Source: Patescibacteria group bacterium (GTDB lineage Bacteria; Patescibacteriota; Patescibacteriia; UBA2591; UBA6264). Taken from it: a stretch of DNA of 64,000 nt. Where the stretch lies: positions 202,678 to 266,677 of the forward strand of contig JAIPGN010000001.1 of the NCBI GenBank assembly GCA_021735685.1, given 5' to 3'. Below the pieces are notes generated by a model. It did not search any database. It was not told the origin of the DNA and saw nothing but the letters and a program-made list of their open reading frames with translations. The stretch's first letter is position 1. Each line of letters begins with the position of its first letter. Made by a program: the position numbers and the translations under genes. This document shows positions 19,661 through 27,855 of this stretch, in pieces.

Positions 19661-20784
19661 CTTTTTATTTTTTTTAGTAATTTAATGGTTTTTTTAAAAA
19701 TTTTAGAAGGGAAAATTACGATTTGTGTTTTGAGGTTTTTTCTTTCCCCGAAGAAATATTTAAATGGTCTTTTAATAATAAATTCCCATAGATTGTATAT
19801 GCGCCAAAATAATTTATAATTCGTGGGTGAAAATTTTAATTTGTTAGATCTTTTTTTTATTATTTTCATCCAAATTATTTTTTTTTCTATTTTCGTCTCT
19901 ATATCTTTAATCGCTGTTGGAATAATTCTCACATTTTTTACCATGCTTTTGTTTTGAACGTCTATATCAATTAGGGCAACTCCACCATGCAATTGATCGT
20001 CGGTCCACAGTACCGGATCTTTCGCAATAACATCAGAGAAGGAGAAATTTCCTAAACTATATAATATATAACCATTTTTGTGTTTTTCTATTCCTTGCAA
20101 AGTGTGAGTGTGGTGTCCATAAATTATATTAGCGCCTGAATCTATTAATAAATGTGCTATATCTCGTTGTTGAGGTGTCGGGTAATGACTAAATTCTTTC
20201 CCCCAGTGAATAGACACTATAACCAAATTTTTCCCGTTATTGGACAGTTTTTTGATTCTTTCTGCTGTTTTTTTAGGTTCTGTTAAAAAATTAAGATACA
20301 TGTTGCCGTTTTTCGGTAGCGAAGGATGGGTGCCTGGAGTAGTATACGAGATTACTTTTATTGTTCTGTTTTTTAATCTTAGCTCAACTATTTTTTCCGC
20401 GTCTTTTTTCTTTAAACCAGCTCCTAGAAACAAGAAGCCATTAGAGTGCAGCCAATCTGTTGTTTTTATAAATCCTTCTTGTAGGTAATCAAATATATGA
20501 TTGTTGCCTATATTAACAATCTGCGGACGTAGGTGATTTAATAGTTTGGCGGTTTGTTGATTGGTATGCAGACTGGGTTCTTTTAGAGGGTTTTTATTTT
20601 TTGCTATTATAGGAGATTCTAGGTTTACAAGCAACAGATCAACCTTTTCTTGTCTTAGAAATTTTTTAATCCTGTAAAATGATTTTTGAGTTGGCTGAAA
20701 ATTTTTACTTATGCAATATTTATTATTTAAAGATATATCTCCTATAAGGGCTATCTTAAAAATTTCTTTATTTTTTTTTATCAT
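19645..20784 (-). CDS. CapA/PgsA family metallophosphoesterase
   Basis: IALIGDISL...VNLESP...NIGNNH...GHHTH follows the CapA-type calcineurin-like motif order. Confidence 0.65.
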   Translation of the reverse strand: MIKKNKEIFKIALIGDISLNNKYCISKNFQPTQKSFYRIKKFLRQEKVDLLLVNLESPIIAKNKNPLKEPSLHTNQQTAKLLNHLRPQIVNIGNNHIFDYLQEGFIKTTDWLHSNGFLFLGAGLKKKDAEKIVELRLKNRTIKVISYTTPGTHPSLPKNGNMYLNFLTEPKKTAERIKKLSNNGKNLVIVSIHWGKEFSHYPTPQQRDIAHLLIDSGANIIYGHHTHTLQGIEKHKNGYILYSLGNFSFSDVIAKDPVLWTDDQLHGGVALIDIDVQNKSMVKNVRIIPTAIKDIETKIEKKIIWMKIIKKRSNKLKFSPTNYKLFWRIYNLWEFIIKRPFKYFFGERKNLKTQIVIFPSKIFKKTIKLLKKIKRWITK

Positions 20785-21551
20785 TTGGTTAATTCGGTAA
20801 AATATTTTTTAAAATTTTCACGATTGCTTTCTTCTAAAAGATGGTAGTGTAGCTTGTGTTTTGATCTGGATTGGTTTGAAAAGATTGAGTTTATCATATC
20901 AGCGTATTTTTTGATAGATGATTTTTTTAGCTTAGTTTTGGAATTTTGTTCGTAACTTGAAATAAATAGATCGGCCATTTTTTTTCTTTTTAGATAATGT
21001 CTCCGTTTCGAGAAAATATTAGAATAAGGTGGCGACACAAAGATGGCATTTACAAAACAGAAAATATCCCAATAGATTGGCCCATGATTTATGCCTTGTC
21101 CCACAACTGGCGTTATATCCCAATCTAATATTATTAAATTGTAGCTTAAATCGTATTGAAGATTGTTAAGATTAAAGTCGCCATGTAGAAATGCGCAAGG
21201 GTCTTCTTTATCTGTATCAAAAAAATTCGAGAATTCTATTGCATTTTTGCTTGAAAGTGTCAAATTCTTATGAATAACCCCCAAAGATCTTCCTGCCATT
21301 TTGATGAGTTTTTCCATCTCTCCTTGTTTTGAATTTAAGAGATTTGATAACGGCTTGATATTTTTAATATACGTTGTTATAAGTATTCCTTTTTCTTTGT
21401 CTATTAATATTGTTTTTGGAATTTTGAACATTCCGCATTCACGAGAGAGTTGATAGGCTTTCTCGGTTTTTATGCCCTCAAGCGAGATTTCTTTTGGCAA
21501 ACCGGTTTTTACAATAATCTTATTTTTAATATCTATAGATTTATTTGTCAT
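20781..21551 (-). CDS. Kinase-like phosphotransferase (APH / choline-kinase fold)
   Basis: FLHGDFNLNNLQYD matches the HGDxxxxN catalytic loop and IILDWDI the Mg-binding Dxx motif. Confidence 0.5.
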   Translation of the reverse strand: MTNKSIDIKNKIIVKTGLPKEISLEGIKTEKAYQLSRECGMFKIPKTILIDKEKGILITTYIKNIKPLSNLLNSKQGEMEKLIKMAGRSLGVIHKNLTLSSKNAIEFSNFFDTDKEDPCAFLHGDFNLNNLQYDLSYNLIILDWDITPVVGQGINHGPIYWDIFCFVNAIFVSPPYSNIFSKRRHYLKRKKMADLFISSYEQNSKTKLKKSSIKKYADMINSIFSNQSRSKHKLHYHLLEESNRENFKKYFTELTK

Positions 21552-21563
21552 ACTTTAACGTTT

Positions 21564-22301
21564 TCATTGACTACATATAAAGATTACATTTCTACTGATA
21601 TATAGCAAAAATTTTAAATGAGAAAAGAAATATTCTATTTTCCGTATAGGGTTTATGGGGAGTATGGTTTTTTCTTTTATAATCGGCAATATTCCTATAT
21701 GATGAGTCTCTAATATTTTTAAGTCTGCTAAGGATAACATTTTTTTCACTTCGCCAATATTCATCGTATTTATCGTTTTTTGCCTTTTTAAAATTAAGTA
21801 ATAGAGGCGTATTATTATCGCAGAGGGGCTAAAGCGATTCATGTGAATATTAAAAACAATGAGACCGTTTGGTTTTAAAAGTTTTTTTAATTCAACTATG
21901 GTTTTATTTTTTAATTCTGGTTGCGCGTTGAGAAAAAAACGAAACGCCGTAATAAGGTCAAATTTTTCACAAAAAAGGGAATTTTCTTTGGTGAGATCAA
22001 TATTTAATAATTTAGTTTTTCTCAATTTTTTTTTCGCAACACTTAACATCTCCTGAGAGACATCAGCTCCGTAGGATATGTTTGTGTAAGGTTCAATCAA
22101 TTCGGTGATTCTGCCGGTACCGCAAGCAAAGTCTAAATAATCTATTTTTCTATTATTAAAATATTTACTTATTGTTTTTTTTAGTATTTTTTGCTCCCAT
22201 TTCCAAATCATTGATCTATAATTATATTCGGTAAAACTTTTAGCATATGACTTGCCTTTGCCGGGAGATTTATGAGATTCTCTATAATCAACGTTTTTCA
22301 T
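21564..22301 (-). CDS. Class I SAM-dependent methyltransferase
   Basis: LDFACGTGRITELI is motif I; size 245 aa. Confidence 0.8.
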   Translation of the reverse strand: MKNVDYRESHKSPGKGKSYAKSFTEYNYRSMIWKWEQKILKKTISKYFNNRKIDYLDFACGTGRITELIEPYTNISYGADVSQEMLSVAKKKLRKTKLLNIDLTKENSLFCEKFDLITAFRFFLNAQPELKNKTIVELKKLLKPNGLIVFNIHMNRFSPSAIIIRLYYLILKRQKTINTMNIGEVKKMLSLADLKILETHHIGILPIIKEKTILPINPIRKIEYFFSHLKFLLYISRNVIFICSQ

Positions 22302-22312
22302 AATTTATTTTA

Positions 22313-23758
22313 TTATTTTTTTAAAAGCCTTTCCAGCAAAGCGAGAACAGAAAAATAGATAGCACCTGATATTAAAATAACTACAATAATATGGATATTG
22401 TATTTTGATATAGCCATGATGGTCAGATACATAAAGGCGCTGGCCAGGATGGAATTAATAGCACGAATTGTAATTTTTTTGGTGATCGGTTTAACTATGG
22501 TATGTCTTTTTACAGCCATAAAATAACAAAACAACATTATCAACATAGAAACAAGGGTGGAGGTTGCTGCGCCGTATAAGCTGTATTTTGGGATAAGCAC
22601 AAAGTTTAAAATAATATTTAGTGCCGCCCCTATTAAAGCTATCCAGAATACTTTGATTTGCTGATCTAAGATAATCAATATTTCGTTATATGATCTTATT
22701 ATTAAAAGTAAGCTCCCCATGGGGATTAAAATTTTTAATGCTAAAATGGATGGACTAAAACTTGATCCGTAAATCAAATTTATTATATCGGGAGCTAGGA
22801 CTATTCCTCCCATCGACAGAGGGATAGCCATTAGTATGGCTATGCTGGTTCTATAGTCACATAATCTTTGCAGGTTTTTGAGATTTTTTTTAGATTTGCT
22901 GATCGCTGGATAAAAGCTTTGAGCAACAAGAGCTCCTGGGATTAATGCCATATCAATTAATCTGTAAGAAGCGTTGTACCAGCCTACTTCTGTTACTTGT
23001 TTCCAAATCCCCATCATAACGGAATCTACCTGGGTATATATTTTACTAAATATTGTAAAAAGCCCAACTGGCCATGCCATTATGAAAAAATTTTTCCAAA
23101 TTTGGTGATCAAACTTAATTTTTAATTTTATGACTTTAAAATTAAAAAACAATAAAAAAGATATTAATGCGATAGCGCTGGCGACGAAATAGCCGCGGCT
23201 TAGATTTAGCGCAGAGGGAGATTTTATTATTGTGATAAATCCAAAACCCGTTATTAGTGCGGATTGGAATATTTTTATTAGAGCTTCATATTGCATTTTT
23301 TCTCTTGCGCGTAGAAATGTGCAAGTCAATATGACAATATTGTTGAATGCGGTATAGAGCATCAGAAACCATATCATTGTTCTAGTGCCAGAATCATCGG
23401 TCGCAAAAAGTGAGAATGCAATTGTAAAGATGATGACTGAAAGACTTAATATAAGTTTTAGGCTTATTATTGAAGAAAAATTTTTTTCTTTCCCTTTATC
23501 TTGAGATAGCTCGCGAGTAGTTATTTTTTCTAAACCGAAATCGGAAAAAACTGCAAATAGAGAAACAAAGGCAAGGGCAAAATTGAATCTCCCGTATTCC
23601 GTTGCTCCTAATATGCGAGCTACATAGATAATTAGTAAAAATTTGAACGCTTTGCTAATTATTTCTGAAAAAGCTAACCAAAAGGTGTTTTTAATAATAG
23701 TTTGTTTGGTGTTTTTATTTTTAAGTAGAAATGACCTAAGTATTGATTTTATGTGCAT
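22313..23758 (-). CDS. Wzx-like oligosaccharide flippase (MOP superfamily)
   Basis: About 12-14 TM segments with polysaccharide-biosynthesis-protein layout, adjacent to an epimerase and glycosyltransferases. Confidence 0.7.
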   Translation of the reverse strand: MHIKSILRSFLLKNKNTKQTIIKNTFWLAFSEIISKAFKFLLIIYVARILGATEYGRFNFALAFVSLFAVFSDFGLEKITTRELSQDKGKEKNFSSIISLKLILSLSVIIFTIAFSLFATDDSGTRTMIWFLMLYTAFNNIVILTCTFLRAREKMQYEALIKIFQSALITGFGFITIIKSPSALNLSRGYFVASAIALISFLLFFNFKVIKLKIKFDHQIWKNFFIMAWPVGLFTIFSKIYTQVDSVMMGIWKQVTEVGWYNASYRLIDMALIPGALVAQSFYPAISKSKKNLKNLQRLCDYRTSIAILMAIPLSMGGIVLAPDIINLIYGSSFSPSILALKILIPMGSLLLIIRSYNEILIILDQQIKVFWIALIGAALNIILNFVLIPKYSLYGAATSTLVSMLIMLFCYFMAVKRHTIVKPITKKITIRAINSILASAFMYLTIMAISKYNIHIIVVILISGAIYFSVLALLERLLKK

Positions 23759-23761
23759 TTT

Positions 23762-24709
23762 TTAAGATTTTATGGATTCTTTGATCCATTTTACTGTTTT
23801 GTTAATTCCAATTTTTATGTCAATCAGCGGTTTGTATTTTATAAGTTTTTTTGCTTTTGATATATCAGCCAAAGAATGCTTTACATCACCATCTCTGTGT
23901 TTTTCGTAGACTGCTTCAATATTTTTAGAAAGTAATTGGTTGATATATTTTAATAAGTCATTCAAAGAAATTTTTTCCCCGCAGGCTATATTCATAACTT
24001 CTCCAGAAATATCTGAATGCATTGCCAAAATATTGGCATTAACTACATTGTCAACATAAGTAAAATCTCTTGATTGCTCTCCATCTCCATAAATTGTAGG
24101 TTGTCTATTGTCTAAGATAGATTTAATAAATATGGGTATTACTGCTGAGTATTCTGAATTTGGGTCTTGTTTTGGACCAAAAACATTAAAATATCTTAAG
24201 CAAATGGTTGGTAATTTATATAATTGAGCGAAAAGTTGACAATATCTTTCTCCCGCGAGTTTAGTTAGGGCATATGGAGATATTGGATTAATTGGATCAT
24301 TTTCTTGCTTGGGCAATTTTACAGAATCCCCGTATATAGAAGAAGATGAAGCATATACTAGTTTTTTAACATTCGCATCCCGAGCCGCAATTAGAACGTT
24401 TAATGTACCGTCTATATTTGCCTTATTACTTGCAAAGGGATTATTGATAGAGCGGGGGACAGAAGGAATAGCAGCTTCGTGAAACACAAAATCTATATTT
24501 TTAACAACTCCTTTAGTCGTTTTTGGATTACTAATATCTCCTTCAATTAGTTCGAAATTTTTGTTATTCAAGAATTCTTCGATATTTTCTTTTTTTCCTG
24601 TAGAAAAATTATCGACCACACGAACATAGTTGTTTGACTCTAATAATTTTTTTACAAGGTTGGAGCCAATAAATCCAGCTCCGCCCGTCACAAGGTATTT
24701 ATTTTTCAT
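23762..24709 (-). CDS. NAD-dependent NDP-sugar epimerase/dehydratase (SDR family; WbpP/GalE-like)
   Basis: YLVTGGAGFIGSNL and the YxxxK catalytic motif (YALTK). Confidence 0.9.
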   Translation of the reverse strand: MKNKYLVTGGAGFIGSNLVKKLLESNNYVRVVDNFSTGKKENIEEFLNNKNFELIEGDISNPKTTKGVVKNIDFVFHEAAIPSVPRSINNPFASNKANIDGTLNVLIAARDANVKKLVYASSSSIYGDSVKLPKQENDPINPISPYALTKLAGERYCQLFAQLYKLPTICLRYFNVFGPKQDPNSEYSAVIPIFIKSILDNRQPTIYGDGEQSRDFTYVDNVVNANILAMHSDISGEVMNIACGEKISLNDLLKYINQLLSKNIEAVYEKHRDGDVKHSLADISKAKKLIKYKPLIDIKIGINKTVKWIKESIKS

Positions 24710-24742
24710 AATTAATTTTTAAGGTAATTTTTATAAAATTTT

Positions 24743-24857
24743 ATTGCTTTTGAGTTATCCCCAGTTCAGGGGTTGTTAATTTTTTAGGATGTGATATATT
24801 TATTCATGGAGCGACTGTATTTCTTCGGAATTACTTTCGCTCCATTTTTATTTCTCC
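24743..24857 (+). repeat. Direct repeat DR-left (~110 bp; contains CCCC-agttca-GGGG and GGAGCGA...TCGCTCC hairpins with T-runs)
   Basis: About 98% identical to 25908-26023. It bracket-flanks the MNT plus partner gene pair. Confidence 0.8.
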
Positions 24858-25294
24858 AGTTTGGGGGTCGCACCTCCAAACTTTTTGTTTTTAAATTTTA
24901 ATTTTGGTTGTTTGACTAGCATTTTTTCCGCTTTTTTAAATATTTGCTTGACCCAGAGAATGTATTCTTGGTTTTGTTTTTGAGAGATAGTAGCGCCTCC
25001 CCCATAAAGCTCCCAATTTCTTTTGGATCGCATTTCGTTAGCTAAAATTTCTATTTCTGGATCTTGGAGAAAAATAGAAAGTTTTTTTATTAGTTCTATG
25101 TGATGGCCCCTTTTTGATTTCACCCTTAAGTCCTTGATGGCACAAATAGCGATAGCTAATTTTAGGAGAGCGTCATAAGAAAAACGGAAAGAAACTTCCG
25201 GGACATTGGAAGAAAAGGCTATTCTAAAATCTTTTTTAGCAGATTCATAGTAACGGTTTATTTGTTTTTCTGAAAATTTGAACTTTTCAAACAT
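24848..25294 (-). CDS. Hypothetical helical protein, putative partner (HEPN-like?) of the adjacent MNT nucleotidyltransferase
   Basis: Start abuts the stop of the MNT gene. No canonical Rx4-6H HEPN motif was seen. The C-terminal 9 aa are encoded by a palindromic repeat. Confidence 0.35.
   Translation of the reverse strand: MFEKFKFSEKQINRYYESAKKDFRIAFSSNVPEVSFRFSYDALLKLAIAICAIKDLRVKSKRGHHIELIKKLSIFLQDPEIEILANEMRSKRNWELYGGGATISQKQNQEYILWVKQIFKKAEKMLVKQPKLKFKNKKFGGATPKLEK
24858..24883. repeat. P2-like palindrome AGTTTGGGGG-tcgca-CCTCCAAACT
   Basis: Close relative of the AAGTTTGGAGG-n5-CCTCCAAACTT palindromes at 61387, 61664 and 61979. It lies in-frame at the 3' end of the 24848..25294 ORF, encoding KFGGATPKL. 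Confidence 0.6.
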
Positions 25295-25840
25295 TTAAAT
25301 AATTTTTATTATTTTTTGAGAAAAAACATTTTTAATAAAATCGTCCTTTTTTTCTTTTCTTTTTTTAAATTCTGCTGGCGAGAAATCAACAATATTTATT
25401 TCTCGGCCAATGTCTTTTTCTAGGGGTAGAACTATTCTTTTGGTAGCCAAAGAAGAGTGGTCGCCGATTAGAAGTAAATCAATGTCACTTTCCGCTTGCA
25501 AGTTATTTTTAGCGTAAGAGCCAAAAATATAGGCCTCTTTTAATTTTTTAATTTTTTGCAATTTATTTTTAAGATTTTCAACAACTCCGTAATTAGAATT
25601 ATAAATTCGTTTCAACTCTTCTAGAAGGGGATAGTCTTGGTTAAGAGAATAGTATTTTTGGTTACCGCGTTTTTCAGAAATTAAAATTTTTTCTTTTTCT
25701 AGTTCTTTTAATTTTCGAAAAAGATTCCCGACATCTAGATTTAATTTTTTGGCTAATTCATTAATATATTTTTCTTTTTGCGGGTTAAGAAAAAAATATC
25801 CTAAAATTTTTTTTGTAATGATTGAACGAAGTTTAAGCAT
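25295..25840 (-). CDS. Winged-HTH plus minimal nucleotidyltransferase (MNT) domain protein
   Basis: YIFGSYAKNNLQAESDIDLLLIG matches the GSxAxG...SDIDL MNT motif. An N-terminal wHTH precedes it. Confidence 0.7.
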   Translation of the reverse strand: MLKLRSIITKKILGYFFLNPQKEKYINELAKKLNLDVGNLFRKLKELEKEKILISEKRGNQKYYSLNQDYPLLEELKRIYNSNYGVVENLKNKLQKIKKLKEAYIFGSYAKNNLQAESDIDLLLIGDHSSLATKRIVLPLEKDIGREINIVDFSPAEFKKRKEKKDDFIKNVFSQKIIKII

Positions 25841-25846
25841 AAAAAA

Positions 25847-25880
25847 TTGTTATTGTAATTATTTACAATAATTATTGTAA
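25847..25880. promoter_or_regulatory. Inverted-repeat operator-like sequence upstream of the MNT gene
   Basis: TTATTGTAA-ttatt-TACAATAA plus a further TTGTAA half-site, immediately upstream of the minus-strand start at 25840. Confidence 0.3.
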
Positions 25881-25907
25881 AACTTAACAATAAATTGTCA
25901 ATTATTA

Positions 25908-26023
25908 ATTGCTTTTAAGTTATCCCCAGTTCAGGGGTTGTTAATTTTTTAGGATGTGATATATTTATTCATGGAGCGACTGTATTTCTTCGGAATTACT
26001 TTCGCTCCATTTTTTATTTTTTA
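25908..26023 (+). repeat. Direct repeat DR-right (copy of 24743-24857)
   Basis: Near-identical to DR-left, with a one-base difference at the 5' end (A vs G) and an extra T in the T-run. Confidence 0.8.
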
Positions 26024-26283
26024 ACAATAAGATTTTTTAAGGTGGAGGAGGCCATTTTTTTAGCCTCCTCCGCGTGCCATCGCATCTTAATGTTCGAACT
26101 GAAACTGAATTTTTCCCAAAGAGGTTTGTGTTTTTCTGCTTTTGTTAGATACATTTTGCAGACTAATGCTTTTTTGAGGATAAGTATCCCGAAGCTCGAC
26201 TAACGACGATTCTCTAGCATTTTCATTAATGGTCCACATTTCATTTTGATAATAAACATATATATCGTTTTTGTTCCCCCTTC

Positions 26284-26310
26284 CTCCTGATCATGTCAGG
26301 AGTTTTTTTG
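26284..26310 (+). terminator. Orphan plus-strand intrinsic terminator (CTCCTGA-tcatg-TCAGGAG followed by T7)
   Basis: Perfect 7-bp stem followed by TTTTTTT with no plus-strand ORF upstream. It lies in the ORF-free stretch 26024-26347. Confidence 0.45.
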
Positions 26311-26347
26311 TCTGCGATGACTTTGTGTATAAAGAACAATGTGACTT

Positions 26348-26593
26348 TTACCAGTTTTTGATTTTCTTCTTGGTTTTTTCTTTAAGGTCGCGATAGACAT
26401 GACGAGTTTCTTCTTCTAGGTCTGGAGAAATTAAACGTAAAATTTCCGAGCCTAAGATTTTATAGCGTCCGCCAATCTTATTAGCTCGGATAATTCCTTT
26501 TTTAAGCCAGCGTTTAATTGTGCTTTTACTGATTTTTAAAAATTCTCTGGTTTCGCCGGTGGTGTAAATTTTATGTGGTTCTATTTTATCCAT
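26348..26593 (-). CDS. Excisionase-family (HTH_17/MerR-type) DNA-binding protein
   Basis: YTTGETREFLKISKSTIKRWLKKGIIRANKIGGRYKI matches the excisionase/AlpA HTH_17 signature. Confidence 0.6.
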   Translation of the reverse strand: MDKIEPHKIYTTGETREFLKISKSTIKRWLKKGIIRANKIGGRYKILGSEILRLISPDLEEETRHVYRDLKEKTKKKIKNW

Positions 26594-26600
26594 AGATATT

Positions 26601-27689
26601 TTATTTTATTTCTACACGCGTATAGCGAGAGTGAAGCAGTTTGGCTACGGCCATATAACTAGGTTTGAATTTAATATTATTGCCTACTTTCTTTTTTAAT
26701 CTTTCGTCTTTAGTTAAATTATGGCCTAGGTCATAAACACTCATATCAGAAGTGGTGCCAACTAGAGAGATATTCTTTTCAGCGGGTTGAAGTTCTTGAG
26801 CATCAACATCTAAGAGGCCGAAGTCTAGAATGGCTCGATAGGTTTGAATATTTTCTTTTTTAATTTTTGAGGTGTGGCCAACGCTGGCTTGACTGATTTG
26901 TCCTTGGGGTCGAGAGTCTTTCTTTTTCATTTCAATAATATTGGCTTGATACTTAAAAGCACTAATGTTTAGGTTTTTAAATTTTTTTCCAGTTAAAGGG
27001 TTAGTTCCCACAAAGGCCGATTCTCCGATCCGAAAATGATTAATATTGTTTGGTATTTTTCTTTTCACTAAAGGAAGGGTAATAGAACTTCCTCCAGAAA
27101 TATATTTAATTTTTTTATTAAATTTTGCTTCGAGTAATTGTTTGTATAAAGAAAGTTGAATCATTTTGTCGCGAGTTGGTTGAATGCCATACATGCAACC
27201 AAGGTTAGCTCCAATCCCTATAATCTTAATATGGGAAAGATTAAAGGTTTGTTGGTAAAAATTGATTAAATTTTTACCTAGAACGCCTTCTCTTAATTCT
27301 CCTAATTCTAGCATAATGATAATGCGATGAATTTTATTTTGTTTTTGAGCTTCTTGATTCAAAGCTTTAATCGTGGAAAGAGAGGTATTAAGAGAAATGT
27401 CAGCATATTTAATAACTTTGGGAACATCGCGCAAAGAAGGAGGTTTGATATAGAGAGTGCTTAGTTTAGGATTTATCTCTTTTATTCTTTTTAGATTACT
27501 TAGACGAGAGTCACCCAAAGAATGAAGTTTTTTCACGGCCGGATATTGGAGGAGTTTTTCTAGAATTTCTTGGTGACCGGATAATAGCTTAGTGACCAAA
27601 GTCCATTCTATTTCTTTTGGCTTTAGTATTTGGTCTATCTTCTCAATATTTTCAATTATTTTTTTAGTGTCGACAATTAGTTTACTCAT
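26601..27689 (-). CDS. Alanine-racemase-domain protein (PLP fold-type III; YhfX-like)
   Basis: N-terminal TLVTKLLSGH resembles the Alr PLP-Lys region (VVKANAYGHG-like). The barrel-domain spacing is consistent. The assignment is weak. Confidence 0.45.
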   Translation of the reverse strand: MSKLIVDTKKIIENIEKIDQILKPKEIEWTLVTKLLSGHQEILEKLLQYPAVKKLHSLGDSRLSNLKRIKEINPKLSTLYIKPPSLRDVPKVIKYADISLNTSLSTIKALNQEAQKQNKIHRIIIMLELGELREGVLGKNLINFYQQTFNLSHIKIIGIGANLGCMYGIQPTRDKMIQLSLYKQLLEAKFNKKIKYISGGSSITLPLVKRKIPNNINHFRIGESAFVGTNPLTGKKFKNLNISAFKYQANIIEMKKKDSRPQGQISQASVGHTSKIKKENIQTYRAILDFGLLDVDAQELQPAEKNISLVGTTSDMSVYDLGHNLTKDERLKKKVGNNIKFKPSYMAVAKLLHSRYTRVEIK

Positions 27690-27783
27690 ATTCTTATTTT
27701 AATTCTTTGTTCATTAAGTGTCAATAGGTGTCAAGGGATTTGGGGGCGAAAAAGTAAATAAAGGGATGGTTAATATTTTTCTG

Positions 27784-27812
27784 TTGACGATAGAAGAGAA
27801 TTTATCTAAAAT
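27784..27812 (+). promoter_or_regulatory. Sigma70-like promoter upstream of ileS (TTGACG, 17 nt, TAAAAT)
   Basis: -35 at 27784-27789 and -10 at 27807-27812. Confidence 0.45.
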
Positions 27813-27855
27813 TAAAAAAGACAAACTTTTATTTATCTATTTATCTATTTTTTTT

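Noticed and set aside
27718-27855. Upstream 46-codon extension of the ileS ORF in the track (MSIGVKGFGGEKVNKGMVNIFLL...)
   Set aside because: The extension is not IleRS-like. The conserved IleRS N-terminus (EKEILKFWQDN) begins at ATG 27856, and a TTGACG, 17 nt, TAAAAT promoter lies inside the extension.
27690-27855. Possible T-box leader upstream of ileS
   Set aside because: The leader is only ~70 nt from promoter to ATG. There is no specifier-loop or T-box (AGGGTGGNACCGCG-like) sequence and no antiterminator/terminator alternative, so this is not a T-box riboswitch.
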